A DNA stretch of 64,000 nt from the human T2T-CHM13v2.0 reference genome, Homo sapiens: the NCBI RefSeq assembly GCF_009914755.1, contig NC_060934.1; one strand, given 5' to 3'. Both the position numbers and the translations under genes were made by a program. The notes beneath the pieces are model-generated. The model worked only from the letters and a program-made list of their open reading frames with translations, did not search any database and was not told the origin of the DNA. Shown in pieces: positions 15,370 through 29,689 of the stretch. How positions within the stretch are numbered: the stretch's first letter is position 1; every line of letters starts with the position of its first letter.

Positions 15370-18300
15370 TTACAAATCTGCAAGGTAAGAAAAACAATCA
15401 AAATATCTACATTAGATTTAAAAACCAAGTAATTTAAAACACTGAATAGATAAAAACCTATTAATTTATCACTATATGAGACAGTGAAGGTAGGGCAGGG
15501 AGGAAGATAACACTCATCTGCTACCCCTGGAGGGAGTAATATCAACTCCAATATATATTACCAATACCAATGCTATACCAATACATGACACCAACTTCTT
15601 ACCCTGAAAATTGGCAATTAAGATACCAAGTATTTATCCTGCCTTTTCACAAGAGACTGTAATTCATCCCTAGTTGATAAGAAAAACTTCTTTACAAAAA
15701 GAATGCCAAAAGGAAGGACATATGTAGAAGGAAAGTAGTATGAGAAAATCACCCAGAATCTTCCGTGTAATAAGTGATTTAGGCAAAGACAATCACAGGT
15801 GGCTAAAACCATTATGTGAAAGATTGTTAGAAAACAAACACAGTCACACAGTGCCAAAGTGTCTCCTCACTGACTACTTGCTAATAGTAAAGAGGGAAGA
15901 TTATGTTGGAGAGAGGGCATCACCAGTAGTGGCGACAACCTGACATCATGAGCCTCCTAACGGGAGGCTCTATAACGTACTTGTCTGATCGACCATAAAA
16001 TATTCTAATAAAAATATTTTACATAAATACAATCAAGCCTCTAGACCTCATTTACAAATTAGAAGAATTGTCGAGGATGCATAATCCCTGAATAATCCTG
16101 GACTGAAGACCTGAGCTAAAAGGCCATTTTGGGAAAATGGGAAATCTGAATATGGACTGAATATTAGGTGACATAAGAGTTATTTTTAATTTTCTTAGCT
16201 GTGATAATGGTATTATGATTATGTATATATATGAAAGGTCCCTATTTTTATTAATAGGAGTTACATGTTGAAGTATTCAGGAATGAAGTATCATGATATC
16301 AAAGTCTTATGTTCAAATGGGTCATCAAAAAATATAGATTTAATCAAAGAGATAATGTAAATATGACAAAATGTTAACTGCTGAGTCTAGGTGGTATGTA
16401 TATGGGCCATCAGTATGGTTTTTTTTGTTTCAACTTTTCTGTACATTTGAATCATTTTGTAAGTTAAGAAAAAACAAAAATTACTTTAAAAGGAAAAATA
16501 ATTATATAACAGTCATGTTTTAGGAAGTAACAAATATATTTCTTGACTGGGATAGTGCTTGATTTTTTCAATAAGGAGATCAGTGAATTCACTATTAAGA
16601 GGGAAGTTTTCAGGTGAATGGAAAAATTCAAAGGAAGCCTGAAGTAGAAGAACTACAAAGAGAAAAAGGCTTCTAAAGAGAAAAACACAGGAAACCAACA
16701 CTGGAGAAAATTAAGATGGCAATATTGCAAAGAAGGAAAACAGAATACTTTGTCACCAGTTTCATCTTTGAGATTAACAATTAAATTATATTTATTTATA
16801 TTCTATAATAATAATAAATATATCTTTCCAACCTTAACTCTTATTTTATGTCTAATTTTAAAATGCTCTTTTGTACTTTAGACAGAAGTTATGTACAACG
16901 GAAGAGATAATTAAGTCACCAGTCCTCAAGGTCAAATGTAGCTCACATTGTCTTCAAGTATAAGGCTAAATCTATACAAATTACTAAATTAATAATTTTC
17001 CTGTGATATGTAATGGCCAATTGTGGAAGAAACACTGGAATTTGCAAGTCTGCTGACTTCAGTCATCTTACAATGCCACTGATGGACTACAAAATCTCAT
17101 TAGTCACCTGGCCATCAGCCTTTATTACCACAAGGAAAAGTAAATCAATTAAAATAGGTCAATTCAGTCAGGCCATATAAACATTGTCACCACTTTTCTG
17201 GAATTAGATCCTTGTCATCAGACTGAAAATACAGACACACTGACTACAATAACACAGTTTTATTATAAATGTTCTCTTAAATTTAAATCGTAAAGTTTCC
17301 ACACACATGCCTAAGCCATCGCCTATAAGTCTGCTGTGGTTTCATGCTCAGAACCTCATTTTATAGCTACTTTTTAACTTTCAAAATTGATTTACAGTGA
17401 TATGAAGAGAGGAAAAAGTCTAATTTTGCCTTCCAAATCTGGTCTAGCAGTACGCCTATGAGGAAATAGCAAAAACAGTCCATGAATTTTTATCTATTTT
17501 TTCCTACTCATTAGGAAAAGGGTGAGCCATATAATTTTCCTTACTAGTTTGGAAAGTTCTATCTGATCTCTGAGACTATTTCTTCACTTGTAAAAGAAAT
17601 AATATACCTGTAAAACAGGGCTGTCATCCCTGCTTTGCCTACCTTAAAGGACTGAGATATGGCGAGTTGAATTCCTTCGAGACTGTCTTCAAATAAAACT
17701 AATGACTTCAAAAATATCATTTGTTTAGATTACATTTTATTTTATGACTGAATATTCTATGGTATAAAATATAAGAAAAAAATTAGTAGGATTTCATTTT
17801 TACTGCTCAGCTATTTAGTAAAAGCCAAAGTAGACATAATCATATACACAGAACTTTTACCAAAATTATTTAAGCTGAATCTAGTGAAATAATTAGTTAC
17901 ATATAGATTTGGAGAGATTCTAAGAAGAAAACTGGCCTGGACTTTTAAAAAATGTCAATGTAATGAAAGGCATAAATAAATAAAGGCAGGAGGTGAAGGG
18001 CACAATTTAGATGAAAGGAATCAAAGGAAATGCTGACCAGATGCACTATAGGATCCTTGATGAGGTCCTGGATCAGACACTAAATAAAAATTAGAAATGA
18101 TATTTTGGGGACAATTAGAGCAATTTCTTCTGTATATTAGATAATATTGTATCAACAATAAACTTTTTGAGCATGACAATAATATTATGGTTACGAAAAA
18201 GTGTCCTTGGTTTTAGGAGAAATATGCTAACATATTCAGAGAAGAAATGTTACGTTGTTTGCAACTGATTTTAAAATGGTTCAGAAAAAAATTTTAACTA

Positions 18301-19731
18301 GAAAGAAAGCAAATGTGGCAAAATGTTAACAACAGCTGAAAAGTCTAGATGAATGGTATACAGGTGTTCATTATTCTGTTTCAATTTTTCCATCTGAAAT
18401 TTTCAAAAGACTAAAGTATGAAAAAGCGACAGGAAATACAACACTGCATAAACCAAACAAAATAAAAAGTTGGCAAGTAATGAAAAAAGCATGTCAATTT
18501 TTCATTAATAAAATTATATATTTCAAAAACTTAATTTTCTAAGCCAAAATAGATTCATTATAATACTGATGTATTATGTCCTTGATTTGTCAAAACAAAA
18601 CAGTTTAAACAAAACAGTTAAATTAGGTGAATTTATATAATAAAAGGTCTCACTAAAAGACTTTCTGTAAGTAAAAAGCAGTGTAATTTCTAAAAGCGGA
18701 ATAGAAACAGACAAAAATGTTATTATTGGAAAAGATCATGAAACTAAACTCAAGTCTTTATAGATTAGTAGACTGGTACCCACGGGTTTTCAGGAATACA
18801 ACTATTATATAAAAGGACGTACAACTTTACATTCTTCTTTAAAGGATAATTTCAAAGACAAGGAGAACAAATGTGATGGCTCATGTTTTATCACACACTT
18901 CAACTACACCAAAGACAAGCAAAGTAGAACAACTAGAAACAATTAGGGGCAGCCCACAGGCAAAAACCATGATATTTTGGTTTAGAAATGCAATTATTTT
19001 AGAGTAGGAATGCTCTAAAAAATGAGGAAAGAAAAATCCTCTAATCAACACTAGACTTGAATAACAGACAAAGCTAAATTTAAGACCGTGAGGTAGAAGA
19101 AACTAAGTTTGCCTTATATTGAAGTTTTCCTATAGGATTCTAGATGAAAAAATTGTAGCTAGATTTCGATAGTCTCCTTTGTAACAAACCAGTATATATA
19201 TACTTGACAAATTTTCTAGGTAGTGTGGTACTACTTTTTAAATGCAGTATAAGCACTCAACTATTCTAACAGGACTGTCAGGCTTTTCTGTTCTGTCAGA
19301 AGATTGGACAATTGCCTATCAATCCCATAAGAAATCAGAAAGTATAGTCAAGAATGTCTTTTTATGGCTTCATTTGAATGCTAACTAGAAACAGCATCAC
19401 TATAATAACATGAGCTAACAATTTATGTTTAATCTCTTAAGTAAATTCATAAAAAATTTAAATATACTGCTAATGTGGAGTTACATTCTCTGCCTTAAAA
19501 CCTATTTACTGGTATAGATGTCCATTACTATGTTTTCTTAGGAAATATACATTTTCTTATAACAGATAAGCTCTAATAGAAAAACAGAAACAGATTAAAT
19601 CATATTTATGAAGTAACCTGTTTTTACCAGTACTTCTCTTTTATTTATAAGACAACAACAATGTAAACTGCACAGACAAAAACAAACTTCCTAAGATGTA
19701 TATTTTTTTCTCAAAATAGCATTTCCTTTAC

Positions 19732-19857
19732 CTTGTTAATGGGTACTACCAAAGCTGGTTCCACTTTAATTTCCTCTGGACTGTAAAAACAATAGAGTTT
19801 ACCTCCTCGCAAAACACAATACAACCTTCTCCAACTAATCAGACCTTCTACCATTTG
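19732..19857 (-). CDS. RTKN2: RTKN2 exon 9, PH domain (QMVEGLISWRRLYCVLRGGKLYCFYSPEEIKVEPALVVPINK)
   Basis: poly-T cag|CAAATG ... AACAAG|gtaaag; 126 nt, phase 0 to 0; PH motif WRRLYCVL. Confidence 0.96.
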
Positions 19858-20797
19858 CTGAAAAAAAAAAAAATCAAGAGACTATCAATTTTAAGTTATT
19901 ATCACTTTAAATTCATCAAAATACTTATCAAGGTTAAATTAGTTATTTAGAATTTTTAAAATGTGATGGAATTATCCATTAATTTGATATACAAAAGGTT
20001 AATTGCCCCAAATCCAAGAGTATGTTAATATCAGAGAAGAAAAGTTTGGAATTCTTAAAGGCATTAAGTGAAATGGAGGCAACGATTACCACCTAACTTT
20101 TACACACATAAAACCATAGATCAATGGTGTTTTAGAAAAGCTAGTCGATTAAAAATTAGTGCTTAGAATTCTATAGCAATTCATCAAATGACTCAGGAAA
20201 ATTATAAAAACAATTCTGTATGTTCAAAATATTATTTTCCCTTACTGTTCTCAGAGCATCGGAAAATGTCAACTACCCTTTAAGAATGCAAATTTTCTTT
20301 CCTCCTAATGGAATCTTTTAGAAAAAGCTATTGATTCATTGAAGTTCACAATTAATTATTTACTGAATATAAATAACTATAGTTATAAATAAATCAGCAG
20401 TAGGTGGCACAGAGGCAGGCAGCTTTGGAAGCTCAGAGTCCTAAACCGTGCCAAACGCTGTCTGCCAGAAAGACCTTTATGTGAAAGGTGTTGAGCAGCC
20501 CTCATCAGTTTCCACAAGGAGCCCTCTGTTGCTGATTATCCTGTTGCTGCTATTAATGAAGCAGAGGAGCATGGAGAGGTAGCGCCTTAGCCATCAACAT
20601 TGCAGTAGATCCCTCCCTACCTTGTCATTCTTTTCACCCCGCACCCCCTACAGTTTATATCTGATAACATTTAGAAAACTGACATTTAAAAAAAGACTTA
20701 AAAAATACTTCTCAATATCAGAAGGTGAAACAACTGCCTGTATATTAAGATTTAAAGTAGAGCTACAATTGTTGTAGGATATTTAAAGTCCTCTAAC

Positions 20798-20904
20798 CTG
20801 CTGATTAAGAAATCCTGCAAATGCATCCTCAGCCATACAAGCTGGCTGGGCAACTAGTCGGCAGCACATGTTGCCATACAGGGGAAGCCAAAATGAAGAC
20901 TCCT
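20798..20904 (-). CDS. RTKN2: RTKN2 exon 8 (EESSFWLPLYGNMCCRLVAQPACMAEDAFAGFLNQQ)
   Basis: aaatag|AGGAG ... CAGCAG|gttaga; 107 nt, phase 1 to 0; LPLYG motif of the anillin/rhotekin family. Confidence 0.96.
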
Positions 20905-21275
20905 CTATTTAAAGGAGAAAGAAAAAAAAAATCAAGTTATAAATATAAGTTTATTTAAGGTCATCATACATTTTGATTTTTCTCTTTTTACAATTTTGTT
21001 TTGCTTTGTACAGAACATATTTTAGAATTAGTTTCATGTAAAGATTCATCCTACCCAAATACCAGTGCCATATTTAGTGAGAAAATCAAATATGAGAATA
21101 GAAAGGACAGGATAATATTAAACTGACAGTTTATAGCATGCTATCACCTGAATAAAAATGAACTGTTTAGTCTCTTGTTTGATTTTAATTATTCAATGAA
21201 AGTTGTTCAGAGAATATGTGATCTCATTTAATATAAAAACATTCTAATAAAGTAATTTATGTTTGTCAAATTCTA

Positions 21276-21617
<342 letters not shown>

Positions 21618-22267
21618 TTATTTCAGAGAACTTAAGATAACTTCATCAACATTTTTGGCCCTTCCTCCTCCCCTTCTTTTGCTGAACAATTCAGTCATAA
21701 GCCATTAGATAGAGCCCCCAACATGAACATCTGTGCCAGGACTGGAGAAGGAGCTGTGGTGTGCTAGAAATGGATGATGGAGACAGGCAGAATGAGAATG
21801 GTGAGTAGCAGGGGCTGCCTGCAGGAGGTATCAGCACCTGAAGGGCCTGAGAGGTGATGACACTGGGGCGCAGCCTAGATTTGGGACTCTGTCTTGAGCA
21901 AGCAGGGTAAAAAAGGTATGCCTGGGAAGAGGAGCCTGACATCGAATATTAGAGCCCAATGAATGAAGAAGTAGCCCAGATTGAAGGAAAATTAAAAAGC
22001 ATGATAATTAAATGAAATGTATGATTCTGCATTGTATCCCTCTGCCATAAAGAACATTATTGTGACAATGGGCAACATCTTGAATGGACTCTGAGGATTA
22101 TATGGTGGTAATGTATTAGTATTCATTTCTTGACTTCAAGAGTGATGATGATGTAGCTGAATGTCCTGATAGTAGGAAATATGTATTAATACATTTTGGG
22201 GTACAGACTATCATGTAAGCAACTTGCTGTCATAATTTTTTTGAGAAAAAAAAGATCTTGACATTTA

Positions 22268-22399
22268 AGCTGAGTGTGGTGGTGTCTGCCTGTAGTCCCA
22301 GCTACTCCAGAGGCCAAGGTGGGAGGAGTGCTTGCACCCAGGAGTTTGAGGCCAGACTAGGTAATATACCGATACCCATCTCTAATTAAAAAAAAAAAA
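22268..22399 (+). mobile_element. Alu monomer (FLAM-like)
   Basis: Single arm with A tail; TSD-like atcttgacatt on both sides. Confidence 0.85.
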
Positions 22400-22610
22400 T
22401 CTTGACATTCAACTTGCAACTTTTCTGTAAGTTTGACATTGTTTAAAAAAGTTACTTCAAAAAACATTAAGATAGTCCTTTAATGAAGATACCTACCTGT
22501 GTACTACCTATCTATATGGAGGAAAGCATTAAATAATTTATTCTAGACATCAGAGTATAAATAAAAACCAAACATATGGCCCTTAGTTCACACTGGATCA
22601 CATAAAAATG

Positions 22611-22705
22611 ATTTTTAAAGTTTTGGCTGTGCCCTGTTGGTAGTGCCTACAAAATCGCTAGCTACTGGCCGTAACTATTATTCACCAAAAAGTTTTAATT
22701 ACCCC
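22611..22705. repeat. 95-bp segment with an inverted copy at 14740-14834
   Basis: 88/95 identical, ungapped, by manual alignment. Confidence 0.95.
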
Positions 22706-23149
22706 AGAATTTTTTTTTGTAAAAATAGTTAATATATACATGCAAGGCAGCGAAGGTTTGTAGTAAAACCAAAAAGTTTTCAATTTACCTACCCAAGATT
22801 CTACTATAGAATAGTACACAACAATGTTCTGAGACTATTCAAATCTTTTTCATTAATACATTTTAAAGCTGCTATATTTTAGAAATAAGGGGCTTAATCT
22901 GGGAAAAATAAATGCACGAGCATAATACATACAATTCCAAAATGCAAACACAAATAAACAAAAGTTATCTTTCCTAAAACAGGCAGCAAATGAAATGAAA
23001 ATTCTGTAAAAGCATGTATTTCAGTAATACATCTGAAATCAACTTTGTGATTTGTAAATTTAGAAGTTTGAAAGCAAATTTCTTTATATAGGCAATCTCA
23101 GATTTATGAATAGCTTATGTTCTAAAAATCTGTAAGTTAGCTGAAAAGT

Positions 23150-24640
23150 ACATCATAAAGAGTAAGAAACACGAAGGATACAATGAAAAAGACTAACATA
23201 GGTTTAACAGGCATGCAAAAAGAACAAAAGCTACACAACAGCAGAGGCAGTTTCAAACAGGTAGGAGAGATTTTGTCCAAACTGATGAAACATATCAACA
23301 ATGTAAAGAAGCTCAAGAAACCCCAAGCAGCATAAATAAACTCTACACCTAATTATACCATGGTAAAATTTTAGAAAACCAAAGGCAAAAATAAATAAAA
23401 AGATTACACTCATAGTGGTGACATACTGGCAAATGATTTACAACATTTATAGTAAAATAATAAAAGCCAAAAATGTTGGAATTATATGTTCAATATTCAA
23501 CAAGAAAAAATTAAAACTGCAGAATTAAGAAATATCTTCAATAATGAGGCAAAATAAAGCCATCTTCAGATAAACAAAAAGAACAAGAAGTCTGATATCA
23601 GCATAACTCACTAAAAGAAATTCTAAGGCTTATAATTCAAGCAGAGGGAAAAGTATCCCAGATGCAAGGCATAAGATACAAGTAGTGCACAGAAACATGT
23701 AGGTAAATCTAAATAAGTATTAAATCTAAATAAGTACTAAAAAAAAAAAAAGAATTACAATATATAACAATAGCACATAGGTTAGGGAAAAGAGTTTAAT
23801 TGTTCTAAAGTCCTTGCATTGTCTGAGAAAAGCACAAAACTATCTTTTAAGTTTAGTTTTTAATAAGTATGATTAATGAAATTTTTAGGGGTAAATTCTA
23901 AAAAATGAGAAAAAGGATGTATAACTTTAATTCAAACAAGGAAAAATTGCCTTAAAAGGCAAGAAAAAATAACCACGGAATAGGTGAGACAAACAGAAAA
24001 CACAGGTTATCATAGATTTAAACCTAAATACACAGCTATTTGATATTAAATACGAAAGGACTAAAAGCTTCGGTAAAAAAAAGATTGTCAAATTAGAGAA
24101 AAATTAAAATCCAATATAATGCTGTTTGAAGAGGCATGTTTGTAACATAAAAATAAGTACAGTTTGAGGTAAAAGAAGAAAATACACAATTTAAACACTT
24201 ACATGCATCAAATAACAAAGGTTCAAATTATATACAGTAAAAATAGATATAACTATGGGTCGAAAAATCCACAATCACAGAAGGAGATTTTATCATACCT
24301 CTTGTAGTAATATGAAGTATATAGACTACAATCATTACTCCTAACAAATAATTAGCAAATATGGAACACACGGGTGAATAAAACTGACTAATCTATTACA
24401 AGAATGAGAATTAAAAAACAGAGATGGTACAGAAAGCAAATATCAGAATGGAAAAGAGGGAACAATGCTACAGAGGCTGCAGAAATTCAATAGATATAAG
24501 GACATTATAGAAAATTTAATGCCTATAAATCTCAAAGTTTAGATCAAATAGGTAGATATCTATAAAAACATAACTTATTGAAACTGACCCAAGAAATAGA
24601 AAAGCTGAAGAACCCTGTAACTATTAAGAATAATTAAATC
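23150..24640 (+). mobile_element. Ancient L1M ORF1/ORF2 relic
   Basis: A-rich plus strand with degenerate L1 motifs (gaagctcaagaaaccccaagcag, aaactgacccaagaaatagaaaagctgaa). Confidence 0.65.
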
Positions 24641-24731
24641 AGTCTAAGAGATAAATGGAGACATATGTACAGCTAGGGTAACTGAGGGAAAGGAGAGGTA
24701 GTAACATTCTATTTCTTGACATGTTCTATTT

Positions 24732-25019
24732 CTTGAGACAGGGTTTCACTCTGTAGCCCAGGCTGGCAAACAATGGTACAATCATACCTCACTGCAGCCT
24801 TGAACTTCTGGGGTCAGGCGATCCTCCTACCTCAGTATCCTGAGTAGCTGGGATTACATGCATGCACGACCATGGCCAGCTACTTTTTTTTTTTATTTTT
24901 GTAGAGATAGGGTCTCACTATGTTACCCAGGCAGGTCTCAAACTCCTGGGCTCATGTGATCCTCCCATCTCGTCCTCCCAAAGAACTGGGATTACAGGCA
25001 TGAGCCACCACACCTAGCC
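24732..25019 (-). mobile_element. Alu (J-type)
   Basis: Reverse Alu with ctcactgcagccttgaac. Confidence 0.9.
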
Positions 25020-25384
25020 TCATAATTATTTTTTAAACTACATATTTACATTTCATGAACTTTTCCCTATTTTTAACATAATTTCTCATTGTGAAACAAA
25101 AAAAATTGGTATAACATTATCAATCTTATCAGTACAGAGCCACAATCCTTACAACAGTAAGTATAATTAGGACTTTACCACATATTTTTATTTATTTTGC
25201 TTGGAGAAAATGAACAAAAGTAAATAACCCAAATGATACTTCCAAACTGCCTTACCAGCACTGCTCCATATTTTTTCATCACGAGTAAAATAACCTGGGA
25301 GAGTAGCAAGTGCTCATGCTAAGTTTTACAAATCTTCCTAATGACCTAAACCCCTTCTTCAGTTTCCTGTATCTTTATTTTGGA

Positions 25385-25463
25385 TAAACTATAACTACCA
25401 CTGCCATCCAAAGAGAAAAAGGTAAACTCTAAATACCACCGCCATCCAAAGAGAAAAAAGTTA
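25385..25463. repeat. Tandem duplication, period 38
   Basis: taaactNtaaNtaccacYgccatccaaagagaaaaa twice. Confidence 0.88.
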
Positions 25464-25845
25464 AGATAATTTAACCCTTTCTCTTTCTTACATTCTCTGC
25501 TTCCTACTAACAGAAAGGCTGGCTTCCTTGATTTCAAATTTAAAAATAAGTCAGGTCTTTAATTTCCAGCTAGAAGAGTGGTAAAGTCATAAATTCCAAG
25601 TCAAAAACAAGGATTGAGCATACCTGAGACCCTTCTTTTCCCACTAAGCCTTGCAAGCAAATCTCAGTGTAGAGAAAGGAAAATAAACTTTTCTCCTTTG
25701 GGGAAGAGGGACAGATATATTTTAAAGAACCAACAGAATCACTCATGTCTCCATTATTTAAGCCGATATCCACTTGAGGGGAACATACTATAATTAGAAA
25801 TATAGACAGAATATATGTAATAAGTAAAATATGTACTGTACTTAC

Positions 25846-25940
25846 CATTTCCATTAATAGACAGATTATGGGTCTTGAAACTATCCTCAGCACTTTCCAA
25901 GGTTAGGGTAGTGTGAGCTAGCAAATTATACTTTACACCA
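25846..25940 (-). CDS. RTKN2: RTKN2 exon 7 (GVKYNLLAHTTLTLESAEDSFKTHNLSINGN)
   Basis: ctattag|TGGTG ... AAATG|gtaagt; 95 nt, phase 2 to 1. Confidence 0.96.
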
Positions 25941-26004
25941 CTAATAGTAAGAAAGAAGACATGTTTTAAGTATTTTTGTATTTCTACTACTACACAAAAT
26001 ATTT

Positions 26005-26945
26005 GTATGTTCAACAACAAATAATAAACAACCTGATTTAAAGATAAGCAAAGGACGTGAATAGACATTTCTCCAAAGAGAGGACAAGATCCAGCATTAC
26101 ATTCTGACACATTAGATTTCTCCAAAGAGAGAAATGTCTATTTATCTTTTGTTGACAAATGGTCAACAAAACATAAAAAGATGCTCAGTATCATCAGTCA
26201 TTGGGGAAATGTAAATCAAAACCACAATGAGATATCAGTTCATACTCATTAAGATTAGTAAAACAAACAAAAAAACAGTAACACATGTTAGCTGGTATGT
26301 GGAGAAACTAAAACCTTTGTACATTGCTGGTCGGAATGTAAAATGATACCACCTCTGTGGAAAACATTTTGGTGGTTCCTCAAAAAATAAGAAATAAAAT
26401 TACTGATCCAGCAATTCTACTCTGATATATACCCAAAAGAACTGAGAGCAGAGACTCAGATATTTGTACACCTAAGTTCACAGCAGCATTATTGACAATA
26501 GCCTAAAGGTAGAAGAAACCCAAGTGTCTATCCAGGGATGAAGGAATCAACAAAATGTGGGGTAGGTGTGTGTGTGTGTGTATATACACATACATATGCA
26601 TAATGGAATATTATTCAGCCTTAAAAAAGAAGAAGATTCTGACATACTACGACATGGATGAATCTTGAAGACATTATGCTAAGTGAAATAAGCCAGTCAC
26701 AAAAGGACAAACACTATATATGATTTCACTTATAAGAGGTACCTAGAGTAGTGAAATTCATAGAGATGGAATCTAGAATGGTGGCTGCCAGGAGGATAGA
26801 AGGAGGAATTAGTGTTCAATAGGTACAGAATTTCAGCTTGAGAAGATGAAAAACTTCTGGAGATGGAGGGTGGTGATGCTTGTACAACATGAATGTACTT
26901 AATGCCTCTGAATGTATATTCAAGAATGCTTTACTACAAAAAAGA
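26005..26945 (+). mobile_element. L1MB-type 3' fragment
   Basis: atagacatttctccaaaga, caaaaccacaatgagata, gacatggatgaatcttgaagacattatgctaagtgaaataagccagtcaca. Confidence 0.88.
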
Positions 26946-27084
26946 AAAAAATTTAGATATAATAGATGACATTTTTCAACGATGCAAGTTATTAACTTAG
27001 CAAGTTTATCTCTATACTTTGTCAATAAAAATCTGCAAATTATTTGTTTTAATTCACACAAATGTTTCTCTGAAGGGTCCCCGT

Positions 27085-27620
27085 TCATTTAATAAATATT
27101 TACTGAACACTTAAAATGTGCCAAGTCCAATGCTAGGTGATGGGCATTCAATGGTAAACAAGATCCAGCATTACATTCTGATGCAGGCAGAATGAAAAAA
27201 AAAGTAGGCAGAGGAATAAACCAAATACCAGCATTTGCAAGTTGGAATGCAACTTTTTCTATGAAAGAAACAAAGGAGATGAGAAAACTGAGGACCTGTG
27301 GTAGGTAGGTGAACTGGGGAAGGACTTTCTGAGGAGTTAACAGTTATCCAGTCATAAAAGAATCTAGCCAAGCAAAGAATGCAGGAAAACATTCCAAGCA
27401 GAGTGAGTATCTGCAAAGGGAGGGCTGAAGGAAAACCAGTGTGGCTAGTGCACAGCAAGCAAGCAGCAAGCATGGTGCAACGCAAGGCTGGAAATATAGG
27501 GAGTGATGAGCTCACCTGGAGGCTCTGTGAGCCCTGGAAGAGGAGTGGATTTAATTCTAAGTGTAATAGGAAAGTTGATAAAAAGTGGAATGATAGGGTC
27601 TGATTTATATTAATTTCCCA
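27085..27620 (-). mobile_element. L2 fragment
   Basis: ttcatttaataaatatttactgaacac...tgctaggt is the reverse complement of the L2 3' end. Confidence 0.65.
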
Positions 27621-27629
27621 GGGACAAAG

Positions 27630-28687
<1,058 letters not shown>

Positions 28688-29353
28688 AACAACTGTATTT
28701 TCTATGCTAGCAATCCTAATTTTTTTCATGATTTTCTTGATTTTATTTTTTTTCCAAATCAGTAAAATCTCAAAACATCAACGAGTATATTAAAAGAGAG
28801 AGACAAAGAGAGATATAGAAGACAGTGATGTCTGATGGGAATTTATATTAATTATGCTAGGTGTTATGTTTCATAAACCTCCTTTGTTTCTTACTAAATC
28901 CTTAATAAAGTCTCTATTACAAAAATACATATGCATACACTTAGTAAGTATGCAATGTATGCATGCACTTCAATAAATAATAGCATACTTCATAGAATAC
29001 TACTCCCTTGGAGAATGCCTCTTGGCTTTTACTATATAGTCATTACAGACCAAAGATAACTCTCTATACCCAGTGTTTCTGGTCAATGTTTATATAGGAA
29101 AATTTATGTTTCTGTCTCCAAATTTCAACATAACATTTTAAACAAAACAATGCATGAGTACATTTTCGAGTTACATTCTGAATTGGTATAATGTCAGACT
29201 CACACTTAGGCTTTTCAAAAGTTCACTATATATCAACAAATCTTAACTGCCGCTAGAACTAAGAGAGGGACAAGTGGCCATTCTCTGCTATTATTCATTT
29301 ATTCTGAACAAGTTTCTACAGTGCCTTTCACAATAAGCTCTTATTTTTCCCTA

Positions 29354-29588
<235 letters not shown>

Positions 29589-29689
29589 TTAAATTGATAA
29601 CACATTATAACGTTTCCCACTTAAAATAATGGGAAGTAGACTCACTGTGAGCACTTTAGGGCAGAATATGTTATTTTCAAGAAAAGATT

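Noticed and set aside
22611-22705. The 95-bp duplicated unit as a snoRNA or miRNA gene
   Set aside because: No correctly placed C/D or H/ACA boxes and no long hairpin recognised by eye; an Rfam scan would settle it
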